Source: an uncultured Eubacteriales bacterium
GTDB taxonomy: Bacteria > Bacillota > Clostridia > Oscillospirales > CAG-272
DNA: 64,000 nucleotides
Direction of reading: 5' to 3'
Assembly: GCA_910586545.1 (NCBI GenBank)
Contig: CAJUIQ010000003.1
Span: forward strand, 9,779 to 73,778
Every line of letters begins with the position of its first letter. The first letter of the stretch is position 1. Under the pieces are notes generated by a model. It had not been told where the DNA came from, searched no databases, and saw only the letters and a program-made list of their open reading frames with translations. The translations under genes and the position numbers were made by a program. Below, piece after piece: positions 19,742 to 28,248 of this stretch.

Positions 19742-20308
19742 ATGGCAATGCAACATCACGACGGCGCTGAAATCGACCGCGCCACACATTCAATTAACTA
19801 CACTGAATTTACTGTAAAAAAGAAAACCGAGGGCATGCTGATTCTAGCAAAAATTGGACTGATTGTCCTGTATGTTGGAATTGTAGCGGTGATTTGGGCA
19901 CTGGCGAGCTGGTGGCTGGGATGTATCAGTTTGCTGCTTTCTATTATCACCTGGTATTTCACATGGCCCTTTGTAAACATTGAATATGAATATACCACTG
20001 CCTCCGGAGACCTCCAGTTCACTAAAATTTATGGAGGAAGAAAGCGCTCTCCCATTTTGGAAAAGAAAATCAAAGATATGGAGCTGATCGCTCCCTATAC
20101 CAGCGAGTATACCAGCAAATTCCCGTCTATTGCAAAGACCTACGACCTGCGCAAGAGCGTGAAGCAAAAGGAAGACGTATATTTTGCCGTATTCGACGAA
20201 AAGGGAGAAAAACACTGCGTTCTGTTCCAATGCACCAACAAAGCGCTGAAAATCTTTACAAAATACAATAAAGAGAACACTGTGACTGTCGATACACTTC
20301 ACTATTGA
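19742..20308 (+). CDS. hypothetical membrane protein (two central helices)
   Basis: 188-aa ORF with two adjacent hydrophobic helices (ILAKIGLIVLYVGIVAVIWAL and GCISLLLSIITWYF). No known motif. Confidence 0.6.
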   Translation: MAMQHHDGAEIDRATHSINYTEFTVKKKTEGMLILAKIGLIVLYVGIVAVIWALASWWLGCISLLLSIITWYFTWPFVNIEYEYTTASGDLQFTKIYGGRKRSPILEKKIKDMELIAPYTSEYTSKFPSIAKTYDLRKSVKQKEDVYFAVFDEKGEKHCVLFQCTNKALKIFTKYNKENTVTVDTLHY

Positions 20309-20326
20309 TGCTGTTCTAACGCATAC

Positions 20327-20370
20327 CACCCCTGCATATATTCCAAAGGAATACTGCGGGGGTGTTTGTT
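20327..20370 (+). terminator. terminator-like hairpin that also contains the SD of the next gene
   Basis: CACCCCTGCA (20327-20336) pairs with TGCGGGGGTG (20354-20363). An inner TATTCC/GGAATA stem is present, followed by TTTGTT and the ATG at 20371. Confidence 0.5.
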
Positions 20371-20907
20371 ATGAAAAAACGGGTTGGTTTATTTACCATA
20401 TTACTGCTGTGCGGCCTGCTGCTTTGCGCATGCGGCAAAACTCAAAATAAGGCCGTACTTTGGTATCAGCAAGGGCCTGCTGAGATCAGCGGAGAAGTAC
20501 AAGGGGAAGGCGGCGTTTATACGGTGACGCTTTCTCTGGGTCGGACAGACGACGCCGGCAGCAGAGATATCACCCTGTCTTTTTCCGCGCCGGAAGAAAT
20601 GGCAGGCATCGTATTTCGTTTGCGGGGGGATGCGGCTTTTGCCGTATACGATACAGTGGAAATTCCCCTTTCCAAAGAAGCCGCCGGCGATCTGTTTGCA
20701 CCAGCGAACCTGTTTGCCCTGCGGGAGGAAGACATCAATGATATCCAAACTGGAGAAGACGGAACAACCATGATCAAGCTGTCGGATGGCCAAAACTATT
20801 GGGACATCTCTACAGATACGGAAGGTATCCCTCAAAGCATCTCCGCCACGGTTGCAGGGGAAACGCTCTCCTTTACAATTACTTCCTTCGTCCAGACCGA
20901 TACGTAA
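20371..20907 (+). CDS. hypothetical lipoprotein
   Basis: Signal peptide with lipobox LLLCAC(G). The ATG at 20371 is preferred over the GTG at 20362 in the track. Confidence 0.65.
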   Translation: MKKRVGLFTILLLCGLLLCACGKTQNKAVLWYQQGPAEISGEVQGEGGVYTVTLSLGRTDDAGSRDITLSFSAPEEMAGIVFRLRGDAAFAVYDTVEIPLSKEAAGDLFAPANLFALREEDINDIQTGEDGTTMIKLSDGQNYWDISTDTEGIPQSISATVAGETLSFTITSFVQTDT

Positions 20908-20942
20908 GTCATACCTGTCAGCACAACGAACTTTTATGAAAA

Positions 20943-20972
20943 AAATATCCCCGCCGCAGGCGAGGATATTTT
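20943..20972. terminator. bidirectional terminator between the lipoprotein gene and mazF
   Basis: AAATATCCCCGCC-GCA-GGCGAGGATATTT hairpin (one mismatch) with an A-run before it and a T-run after it. Confidence 0.55.
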
Positions 20973-20977
20973 CAGTC

Positions 20978-21388
20978 TTATCCTGTGATCTCTACAGGAG
21001 CAGCAACATCTATACCGTTATTTGTATTGAGCCCAAAGCTAACGGTAATCGCTTCGTCCACTGCCTGCATCATATGATCATCCAAATGACCCATTTTCTC
21101 TTTCAGCCGACGCTTGTCTATGGTGCGGATTTGTTCCAGCAACACAACAGAATCCCGCTGCAGCCCAACCTTTTCCGCATACACGTCAATATGTGTAGGC
21201 AGACGAGTTTTGCCAAGCTTGCTGGTAATCGCCGCGGCAATTACGGTGGGGCTGTATTTGTTTCCCACATCGTTCTGTACGATTAGAACAGGACGCAGGC
21301 CGCCCTGCTCGCTTCCTACCACCGGACTCAGATCCGCATAGTATATATCACCGCGTTTGACTGTCACGTTATCACTCTCCGTTATCAT
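20978..21388 (-). CDS. mazF: type II toxin MazF/PemK family endoribonuclease (EndoA/NdoA-like)
   Basis: [31 protein letters not shown]...LPTHI...[17 protein letters not shown] is near-colinear with my recollection of B. subtilis EndoA. An internal GTG at 21367 with a GGAGAG SD would give MTVKRGD and may be the true start. Confidence 0.9.
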   Translation of the reverse strand: MITESDNVTVKRGDIYYADLSPVVGSEQGGLRPVLIVQNDVGNKYSPTVIAAAITSKLGKTRLPTHIDVYAEKVGLQRDSVVLLEQIRTIDKRRLKEKMGHLDDHMMQAVDEAITVSFGLNTNNGIDVAAPVEITG

Positions 21389-21577
21389 AAACTTCCTTGT
21401 ATTTCTGTTTTTAGTATTTCCGCAAAGGGCAAGGTTTTAATCACGAAACAAAGAAAATTTTCTTTTTGCTTTTCCTATTCGTAAAACGAAGCGCCGTTTG
21501 ATGTTCCATGTCCTTTTTCCATGCCCCGATATCATCATATTCCAGGAAATCCATGCCCGTGCATGGCCGGTCCGATA

Positions 21578-21606
21578 TTGACAAAAGAGAGCGGACAGGA
21601 TATAAT
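21578..21606 (+). promoter_or_regulatory. consensus sigma-A promoter feeding element copy 1
   Basis: TTGACA (21578-21583), a 17-nt spacer, then TATAAT (21601-21606). Confidence 0.6.
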
Positions 21607-21645
21607 AGCCACAGGGCAGCTATTGATGACTGATTTGCAGCGGCA
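21598..21645 (+). repeat. copy 1 of the ~50-nt conserved promoter-proximal element
   Basis: GATATAATAGCCACAGGGCAGCTATTGATGACTGATTTGCAGCGGCA. By manual alignment, 39 of the first 43 positions from TAAT match copy 3. The copies diverge after that point. Confidence 0.7.
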
Positions 21646-21748
21646 GAGCGAACATATTAAGGAGACCAGTGTGAAAATAACATGTATTGAACCCTGTTGA
21701 TTTTCATGAACAATTTGCGCCGCCGCAAAGCGGAGAAAGGAAGATATT

Positions 21749-22363
21749 ATGAAAAAAAGCATTCGGATCGTTTTGATTATCGCCGTCGTCCTTTTAGTCG
21801 TAGGGGCCGGCGTCTGCGCCATTCTTCTTTTTTCCGATAAGCCCGACAATACCAAGACGCCTTCTACCCAAACGGAAATACCACCGGAAACACAGCATGA
21901 AAATACAGAATATCGATATAACGAGGACGGTCAGATATCAAAAATAATATACTACGATAACGATGTGCTCCAGGGCAGCACCGACTATGTATACACGGAC
22001 GATTACACCTGCATCATCCATTTTGACAAAGATAACGAACAGACAGGATATGAACAGACCAACTATAACGCCCTGAAAAATCCCACCAAATACATCGAAA
22101 AAAAGAGGGAAGAGCTTGTTACGTCTATTGAATACGACTATTACGCGGACCAGGCTACCCTGCAGAAGAAAACCACGAAAAACTATAAAGACGGTGCAGA
22201 ATCTGCGGAAAAAGAGTATTATGACGAAGCAGGCAACATGACGCGCAAATGTACCTATGAGGACGGCAACCTGACCAGCGATATCACCTATACATATGAT
22301 GCAAACGGAGAAGTGGTGGAAAGCGGTCCCACGAAAGAGAGCGGTGACACAAATGCCGCATAA
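21749..22363 (+). CDS. membrane-anchored repeat protein (YD/RHS-like or MORN-variant-like short repeats)
   Basis: N-terminal signal anchor followed by recurring Y-x-Y-[DN]-x-x-G motifs (YRYNEDGQI, YTYDANGEV). Confidence 0.65.
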   Translation: MKKSIRIVLIIAVVLLVVGAGVCAILLFSDKPDNTKTPSTQTEIPPETQHENTEYRYNEDGQISKIIYYDNDVLQGSTDYVYTDDYTCIIHFDKDNEQTGYEQTNYNALKNPTKYIEKKREELVTSIEYDYYADQATLQKKTTKNYKDGAESAEKEYYDEAGNMTRKCTYEDGNLTSDITYTYDANGEVVESGPTKESGDTNAA

Positions 22364-23207
22364 CGTAAAGCGCATGTTGGCGGCTGTTCTGTGTCTCTCC
22401 TGCCTGACACTGGCCGCCTGTAACCCCAAGGATAGTGATAAAAGCGAGAATGAAACAGAGGCAGTGACAGATGGCACTGTGTATGAATACAGCGCCAAAG
22501 GAAAAGTTCTATCCGCCATCACCTACGAGGGCGGCGGGGAGATCAGCAGAATCGAATATGACTACTGGCCCAACGGGAATGTAAAAAATATTACCTTTCT
22601 AGAAAAAGATGAGATGATAGAATCGTGGAACTTCATTTATGGGGACGACGATTTTACCGTGCGCCGCAGAGTGCGCAGCTATACAGAAGACGCACTGCCC
22701 TGTTCGGATATTTACGATTACGATGAAAAGGGTAATCTCCAAAAAATGTCCACTTATGAAAATGACGTATACTGCGGCAGTTATCAGTACACTTATAACG
22801 CAGACGGAGAGACAACATATAGCTGCCAAACTGATGCCAATGATGATGTTATCAATTATACAGAGTATACCTTCTATGAAGACGGCACCACGCAGGCAGG
22901 GTATTACTATGAATACGGCAGTCTGTCCCGGTATTGGGTCAACACCTATAAAGATGGAGAAATTGCATCCGTCACCTTTTACGACAGCAAAGACAATCTT
23001 ATGTCCCGTACAGAGTATACGTATAATAGCGATGGAAAGGTTTCCAAGATGCTGTTCCACGACGCGGCGGGAGAGATAGTTGGATACATGGAATCCCTCT
23101 ACAACGACGCAGGCGTCCACTATAAAGATATTTATTATGAGAATGGACAGCCCGTGTACGGATACAACTATACGGAAGAAGGCATTTCAACTTATTTTGA
23201 ATATTAA
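22353..23207 (+). CDS. repeat lipoprotein, paralog of the preceding gene (YD/RHS-like repeats)
   Basis: The start at ATG 22353 gives a lipobox (LTLAAC). Repeats include YDYWPNGNV, YDYDEKGNL, YTYNADGET, YTYNSDGKV and IYYENGQPV. It overlaps the upstream gene by 11 nt. Confidence 0.7.
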   Translation: MPHNVKRMLAAVLCLSCLTLAACNPKDSDKSENETEAVTDGTVYEYSAKGKVLSAITYEGGGEISRIEYDYWPNGNVKNITFLEKDEMIESWNFIYGDDDFTVRRRVRSYTEDALPCSDIYDYDEKGNLQKMSTYENDVYCGSYQYTYNADGETTYSCQTDANDDVINYTEYTFYEDGTTQAGYYYEYGSLSRYWVNTYKDGEIASVTFYDSKDNLMSRTEYTYNSDGKVSKMLFHDAAGEIVGYMESLYNDAGVHYKDIYYENGQPVYGYNYTEEGISTYFEY

Positions 23208-23276
23208 ATTTAGGCGCGTGCACCTCTAAAACGGACTGCCAAAGGCTTGTTCTAAAGGGAGAGGCGGCGCCGACGT

Positions 23277-23298
23277 GGGCAAGGAAAATTCCTTGCCC
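23277..23298 (+). terminator. possible terminator after the repeat-lipoprotein pair
   Basis: GGGCAAGGA-AAAT-TCCTTGCCC hairpin followed by GCTTTGCTT. Confidence 0.45.
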
Positions 23299-23434
23299 GC
23301 TTTGCTTGCTGAATCTTTTTGCTTTCCCAGATAGTACCTTAGCCTTCTATTGCGTGGGTAGTCTTAAATGACGAAAAGATACAGTTATAATCGAAAAAAG
23401 CCTCCAAGATATATGGTTTTAAAACAGGTGAAAT

Positions 23435-24463
23435 ATGTATGATGTAATTGTTGTCGGCGCCGGTCCTGCCGGAAATACCGCCGCAAAAGCACTTGCTGAA
23501 AAAGGACTTTGCGTTTTGCTGGTAGAGCGGCATAAGCTCCCACGCTACAAATCCTGCTCCGGCGTCCTGATACAAAAAACGATAGACTTAGTGCGGCGCT
23601 ACTACGGTAAGGACGTGCCGCTCTCTGCAACGTGTACTCCCATAGAAAACAAGGGGATGATTTTCACGGATGATAAAGGTCGGGAATTTCGTTTTGAGCA
23701 GGGCGGCTTGAACATCTGGCGCAGTTCCTTTGACAACTGGCTGACAGAGCAGGCGGCAGCGGCGGGTGTACAGGTCCGGGACAATACCAGTGCCATCTCC
23801 TGTGAGGAACGGCCTGATTCCATCACTGTCACGCTGCATGGGAAATCAACCTACACAGAACAGGCCCGCTATATAATTGACTGCGAAGGCGTTACCAGCC
23901 TGCTAAAGAGAAAACTGCTTGGCAACAGCCAGAACTTCATTACAACTTTCCAGACGTTCAACCGCGGGAAAATTCGAATAGACCCACACTATTTTTATGC
24001 CTATTTACAGCCGGAGCTGTCTGAGTACGACGCCTGGTTTAATGTGAAAGATGAAATGCTGGTGCTGGGTGTATCCGTGAAGGATACCAACAAAATTGGA
24101 TATTTCTACGGGCAGTTTATCTCCTATATGGAAACACATCATGGCTTACAACTCGAGCAGCAGATTGGCGCCGAAAAATGGCTGATGCCCCATATTCGCC
24201 CCGGCTGTCCTATCTCCTATGGACATGGACGGGTCCTGTTCGCCGGGGAGGTCGCCGGGTTTCTAAATCCAATGGGCGAGGGCATCTCGGCTGGAATGGA
24301 GAGCGGGTACTGCGCGGCCCAAGCCATAGCAAATCACCCGGATTCTCTGAATATGATTTATGCAGATTATCAAAAGAACACACAACGGCTAAAGTCCTAC
24401 ATGGAACGCCAATGGAGTTTTGTCGGTCGGATGGCGGATACATTTTGGGAAATGATACTCTGA
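23435..24463 (+). CDS. FAD-dependent oxidoreductase (geranylgeranyl reductase-like family)
   Basis: N-terminal dinucleotide-binding motif YDVIVVGAGPAGNTAAKALAEKG. 342 aa. Confidence 0.75.
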   Translation: MYDVIVVGAGPAGNTAAKALAEKGLCVLLVERHKLPRYKSCSGVLIQKTIDLVRRYYGKDVPLSATCTPIENKGMIFTDDKGREFRFEQGGLNIWRSSFDNWLTEQAAAAGVQVRDNTSAISCEERPDSITVTLHGKSTYTEQARYIIDCEGVTSLLKRKLLGNSQNFITTFQTFNRGKIRIDPHYFYAYLQPELSEYDAWFNVKDEMLVLGVSVKDTNKIGYFYGQFISYMETHHGLQLEQQIGAEKWLMPHIRPGCPISYGHGRVLFAGEVAGFLNPMGEGISAGMESGYCAAQAIANHPDSLNMIYADYQKNTQRLKSYMERQWSFVGRMADTFWEMIL

Positions 24464-24497
24464 ATAATACTGTCTACGGTCTAATGGCACAGTCGCT

Positions 24498-24602
24498 GCA
24501 GATGCATGATAGAAAATAAACATGGGAAAGCATAGCAAAAAGCCCCCTGCAGCATGCAGGGGGCCGACGGCCCGACAGAGAAGCATTCTATCATACATCT
24601 GC
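24498..24602. repeat. 105-nt unit bounded by 17-bp inverted repeats and enclosing a GC-rich terminator hairpin
   Basis: GCAGATGCATGATAGAA (24498-24514) against the reverse complement of TTCTATCATACATCTGC (24586-24602), with one mismatch. The internal hairpin GCCCCCTGCA-GCA-TGCAGGGGGC lies at 24542-24564. Confidence 0.6.
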
Positions 24603-24666
24603 CGGACCGAGCTATTTTTATTTATAATTTGAATCCCTCGATCCGTAAATTGGCTGGCGTCATTCC

Positions 24667-25854
24667 TTATTCCAAAAGTCCCTGCACCAAGGCGGGAACC
24701 TTTGCGTAGTCCTCCTCGTCCGGATTCCAAAGAGACTTCACTTCATTTTCCACAACAGCAAAACCCGCGTCTGCCAGCTTTTCCTTCAGAATTTTCACAC
24801 ACTCGCCGCTCCAGCCGTAGCAGCCGAACGCGGCGGCCTTTTTGTTTTTAAACTTCAGCGACTTGACAAAAGCAAGCCATCCTGTTACGGAACAAAGAAT
24901 GTCATTTCCCTCTGTAGGGGATCCGACAGCAATGGCCTTAGACTTAAAAATCTCCGTCATCACTTCGGTCTTATCCGACTTGGAAACATTGAAGATTTTA
25001 ACTACCGTATCCGGGCTTTGTCTGGAAATTTCCTTTGCAATCGCGTGGGCAATCTTCGCGGTTCCATCCCACATGGTGTCATAACAAACGGTTATTTGAT
25101 TTTCCTGATACGTATCTGCCCAAGCCGCGTATTTCTCTACGATCTGCATGGGATTTTCTCTCCATATGACTCCGTGACTAGGCGCAATCATATCAATGGG
25201 CAGTCCCATCTCCAAAATTTCCGGAATTTTTTTAGCCACCAATGGTGCATACGGATGCAGAATATTTGCAAAATACTTCATTGCCTCCCGCATCAACAGG
25301 CACTGATCCGCTTTGTCGTTATACAACTCCTCCACTGCAAAATGCTGTCCAAAGGCGTCGTTAGAGAACAGGATATTGTCCTCTGTCATATATGTTGCCA
25401 TGGAGTCCGGCCAATGGAGCATACGCATTTCTACGAAAATCAGCTTTTTCCCGCCGCCGATATCCAAGGTATCCCCCGTTTTGACCACACGGAAATTCCA
25501 TCCCCGCTTGCCATATTGACCTTCCAGACTCTTTACCGCATTGGCCGTGCAGTAAATAGGCGTGTCTGGAATCTCGTCCATGAGGGCTGTAAGCGCGCCG
25601 GAGTGATCCACCTCACCATGGTTTGCAATAATATAGTCGATTTTGTTCAAATCGATTTCTTTTTTTAAATTCTCCACAAATTCAAACCGATGGGGCGCCC
25701 AGACCGTATCAATCAGAACAGTCTTTTCCTCTTCAATGAGATACGCATTCTGGCTGGAACCATGGGCAATAGTATAGTCATCTCCGTGGAAAGTCTGCAA
25801 TTCCCAATCAATATATCCCACCCAGCTTACATTATTTTTGATTTGACGTTTCAT
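24667..25854 (-). CDS. fprA: flavodiiron protein (FprA family A-type flavoprotein)
   Basis: Metallo-beta-lactamase-like N-terminal domain with diiron motif HGEVDHSG and a C-terminal flavodoxin-like domain. No rubredoxin tail. Confidence 0.9.
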   Translation of the reverse strand: MKRQIKNNVSWVGYIDWELQTFHGDDYTIAHGSSQNAYLIEEEKTVLIDTVWAPHRFEFVENLKKEIDLNKIDYIIANHGEVDHSGALTALMDEIPDTPIYCTANAVKSLEGQYGKRGWNFRVVKTGDTLDIGGGKKLIFVEMRMLHWPDSMATYMTEDNILFSNDAFGQHFAVEELYNDKADQCLLMREAMKYFANILHPYAPLVAKKIPEILEMGLPIDMIAPSHGVIWRENPMQIVEKYAAWADTYQENQITVCYDTMWDGTAKIAHAIAKEISRQSPDTVVKIFNVSKSDKTEVMTEIFKSKAIAVGSPTEGNDILCSVTGWLAFVKSLKFKNKKAAAFGCYGWSGECVKILKEKLADAGFAVVENEVKSLWNPDEEDYAKVPALVQGLLE

Positions 25855-25981
25855 CGTGTAACAGTCCTTTCTTATTACAAATCTTGCATAGTTTCATACA
25901 TCGGCTTTTATTTTTCCATTCAGGAAGTCTATGCGCACCGCAAACAACGGCTGCCCTCCCAAAGTCACCTCAAATTTTAAA

Positions 25982-26407
25982 TCAACCAAAAACCTTTTCC
26001 CGCAGAATTGCAACCGCCTGAGATGGATCGCTCACTCCGGATACTGCCTGTTCCATAGGGCAAGGGCCGTCTCCCTTTCGATTGACAATCCTTTCCGTAA
26101 TGGTTTTATAGGAATACTCAATGCCGGCCCCTTCCAAAATCGGCACAGCGCCCGCGCTCATTACTTCCCCATACACTGCCCGCGCACCGCCGTATACCGC
26201 TAAAAAAGCTGCTGCACGGCCTATAATTCGATCTGCAATGACAGCCCCCCGCATATACTTCTCATCTGCACGCAGCCACAACAGCAAAGGACGGATCCCC
26301 TTTTCGCGGGAGAGCTCTATTTCCCTATCAGGCCGCGCCAGCACACAGGTGGCCTCCCCCGTAAGGTGTTCTACAGCATCCGCCAGGATGCTTTTTATTT
26401 TTTCCAT
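25982..26407 (-). CDS. DUF1893 domain protein
   Basis: 141 aa with motifs ADRIIGRAAAFL and GPCPMEQ typical of the TM1506-like family. It follows thiI by 12 nt. Confidence 0.7.
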   Translation of the reverse strand: MEKIKSILADAVEHLTGEATCVLARPDREIELSREKGIRPLLLWLRADEKYMRGAVIADRIIGRAAAFLAVYGGARAVYGEVMSAGAVPILEGAGIEYSYKTITERIVNRKGDGPCPMEQAVSGVSDPSQAVAILREKVFG

Positions 26408-26419
26408 AATTTTATTATC

Positions 26420-27625
26420 CTATACATTTCCAACATCCAAGGGAATCTCTTCAAACTGACGAACCGCCACCGTATACAGGCTTTCCCAAGCTTCCTGCAG
26501 CAAAGCGTCCCGATCTAGACGCGCCTCCTGCTGCATCACCTTGGATAGTTCCGGACGCGTTTTGGGATGTCGGGGTGTAAATACCGTACAGCAGTCCTCA
26601 TAAGGCAGGATAGATGTGTCAAAAGTGCCTATCTGACGGGCACGTTCTACGATTTCTTCCTTGTCCAGCCCAATACAGGGGCGAAGCACAGGATACCGGG
26701 CCACCTCGTCCGTAACGCAGATAGCAGCCATCGTTTGACTGGCTACCTGTCCCAGACTCTCCCCTGTGATCAGCGCCGTACATTCCTTTGCCGCCGCTGT
26801 CCGATTGGCAAGTTCCATCATAAACCGACGCAGCAGCAAGGTAAAATACTCTTCCTCACACGTATCCCGGAGCACCTCTTGGATATGGGTCAAAGAAATT
26901 ACATGGACCCGGATTTCTCGGCAATATTCACACAACGCATGAGCCAATTCCAAAACCTTTTCTCTAGCCTGTTCACTGGTGTAGGGATAGCTTTCAAAAT
27001 GGAGAGCGTCTATATAAAGCCCTCGCTTGGCCATCATATACCCAGCCACCGGACTGTCGATCCCGCCGGATAAAAGCAGCAGTCCCTTGCCGCCAGATCC
27101 CAACGGGATTCCGCCGGCTCCACGCTCCTGTCCCGCATGGATATACGCCATTTTGTCCCGGATCTCTACCCGTACAGTAATGTCAGGATGGGTCAAGTCA
27201 ACGGAAAGCTCCGGCATAGCCTCCAAAATAACGCCGCCCACTTCAGCGGCGATAGCAGGACTCTTCAGCGGAAACATCTTATCACTGCGCTTGGCCTCGC
27301 AGCGAAAGGTCTTATACCCTCGTAATTTTTCAGGGAGATAGGCCTTTGCCGCCGCAAAAATTGCGTCCATCGTTTTTTCGCAGGCCACCGCTCTGGTTAC
27401 AGACGCAAATCCAAACACCTTCTTCACCTGCTGATACATTTGCGTCACATCTTCCGCATCTGTTTGCGGTTCAATATATACAGTGGACTGGGCCCAACGA
27501 ATCTGAAAATTTCCTATATGCGCGGCTCTGCGGCGCAGTTCCCGTATCAGCTGGCTTTCAAAGCGAGAACGGTTTGCCCCCTTTAAAATAAGCTCTCCGT
27601 ATTTGCAAAGAATGACTTCTCTCAT
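26420..27625 (-). CDS. thiI: tRNA 4-thiouridine(8) synthase ThiI
   Basis: N-terminal KYGELILKGANR, a THUMP-type region, and the PP-loop SGGIDSPVAG. Confidence 0.9.
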   Translation of the reverse strand: MREVILCKYGELILKGANRSRFESQLIRELRRRAAHIGNFQIRWAQSTVYIEPQTDAEDVTQMYQQVKKVFGFASVTRAVACEKTMDAIFAAAKAYLPEKLRGYKTFRCEAKRSDKMFPLKSPAIAAEVGGVILEAMPELSVDLTHPDITVRVEIRDKMAYIHAGQERGAGGIPLGSGGKGLLLLSGGIDSPVAGYMMAKRGLYIDALHFESYPYTSEQAREKVLELAHALCEYCREIRVHVISLTHIQEVLRDTCEEEYFTLLLRRFMMELANRTAAAKECTALITGESLGQVASQTMAAICVTDEVARYPVLRPCIGLDKEEIVERARQIGTFDTSILPYEDCCTVFTPRHPKTRPELSKVMQQEARLDRDALLQEAWESLYTVAVRQFEEIPLDVGNV

Positions 27626-27648
27626 CGTTTCTTTTCCTCTCTATATGT

Positions 27649-28248
27649 TTACTGAGGGCGGCGGAGAATATATCCCCTGCCTCGCACAGACGTCAATGCG
27701 CCTGGGCCGGCGATTTGCTCCAATTTCCCCCGCAAATACGCTACATACACCTGACAGGCGTTGTTGCTGCCTTCGGTCCAAAGCAGCCTGGTCAGCGCAT
27801 CCTTTGCAACCACTTCGCCTATTTGGGCATGTAATGCCTGAAACAGTGCATATTCCTTCTCAGTAAGCGAGACGGAGCGCCCACCATAGGTAAGTGTTCT
27901 GCTTTTATCATCACATTGATAGTCTTGCATCTCTATAACGCCGCCGTCCGCCGTAAACAATTCCAGAGCAGCGTTCAAAAACTGCTCTAAATCTAGTGGC
28001 CGGGGCAAAGCGACAATCCGCTCGCTTTGTGGAACCGCTTCATCACAAACCACCAAATATTTTCCCTGCGTTGAAAGATGCGGCAATTTCCCGTCCGCAG
28101 GACAAAGCACCGTTCGCGCCGCGGCGTCTTTAGAAATAGAAAAATATGGATCCAACACAGCGGCAAGCATGTTTTCCATAACAGGACTGTCTGCCTGAAT
28201 ACACACCTGTGGCCGGGAAGTGCGGGCATGAAATTTTATATCATTCAT
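27649..28248 (-). CDS. winged-helix (OmpR/PhoB-type) DNA-binding protein with a short, atypical N-terminal domain
   Basis: The C-terminus (LTEKEYALFQAL...VYVAYLRGKL...VRGRGYILR) is a trans_reg_C domain. The N-terminal ~100 aa lack an obvious canonical receiver signature. Confidence 0.7.
   Translation of the reverse strand: MNDIKFHARTSRPQVCIQADSPVMENMLAAVLDPYFSISKDAAARTVLCPADGKLPHLSTQGKYLVVCDEAVPQSERIVALPRPLDLEQFLNAALELFTADGGVIEMQDYQCDDKSRTLTYGGRSVSLTEKEYALFQALHAQIGEVVAKDALTRLLWTEGSNNACQVYVAYLRGKLEQIAGPGALTSVRGRGYILRRPQ

Noticed and set aside
21437-21538. 33-codon ORF (MMISGHGKRTWNIKRRF...) upstream of mazF, considered as a possible antitoxin.
   Set aside because: It has no resemblance to MazE, AbrB or RHH antitoxins. 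It is highly basic rather than acidic at the C-terminus, has no SD, and ends about 50 nt before mazF instead of overlapping it. I keep it only as something to test.
21646-21660. CGAACATATTAAGG downstream of element copy 1, resembling half of a Firmicute LexA (Cheo) box CGAACNNNNGTTCG. This was tempting because another copy sits at addA.
   Set aside because: The second half-site (GTTCG) is missing, and the other two copies have no GAAC...GTTC motif.
21535-21855. 106-aa minus-strand ORF spanning the intergenic region and the 5' end of the 21749 gene.
   Set aside because: It runs antisense through a perfect TTGACA-17-TATAAT promoter and the conserved element. It also overlaps the signal-anchor coding region of the + gene. 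No SD is present.
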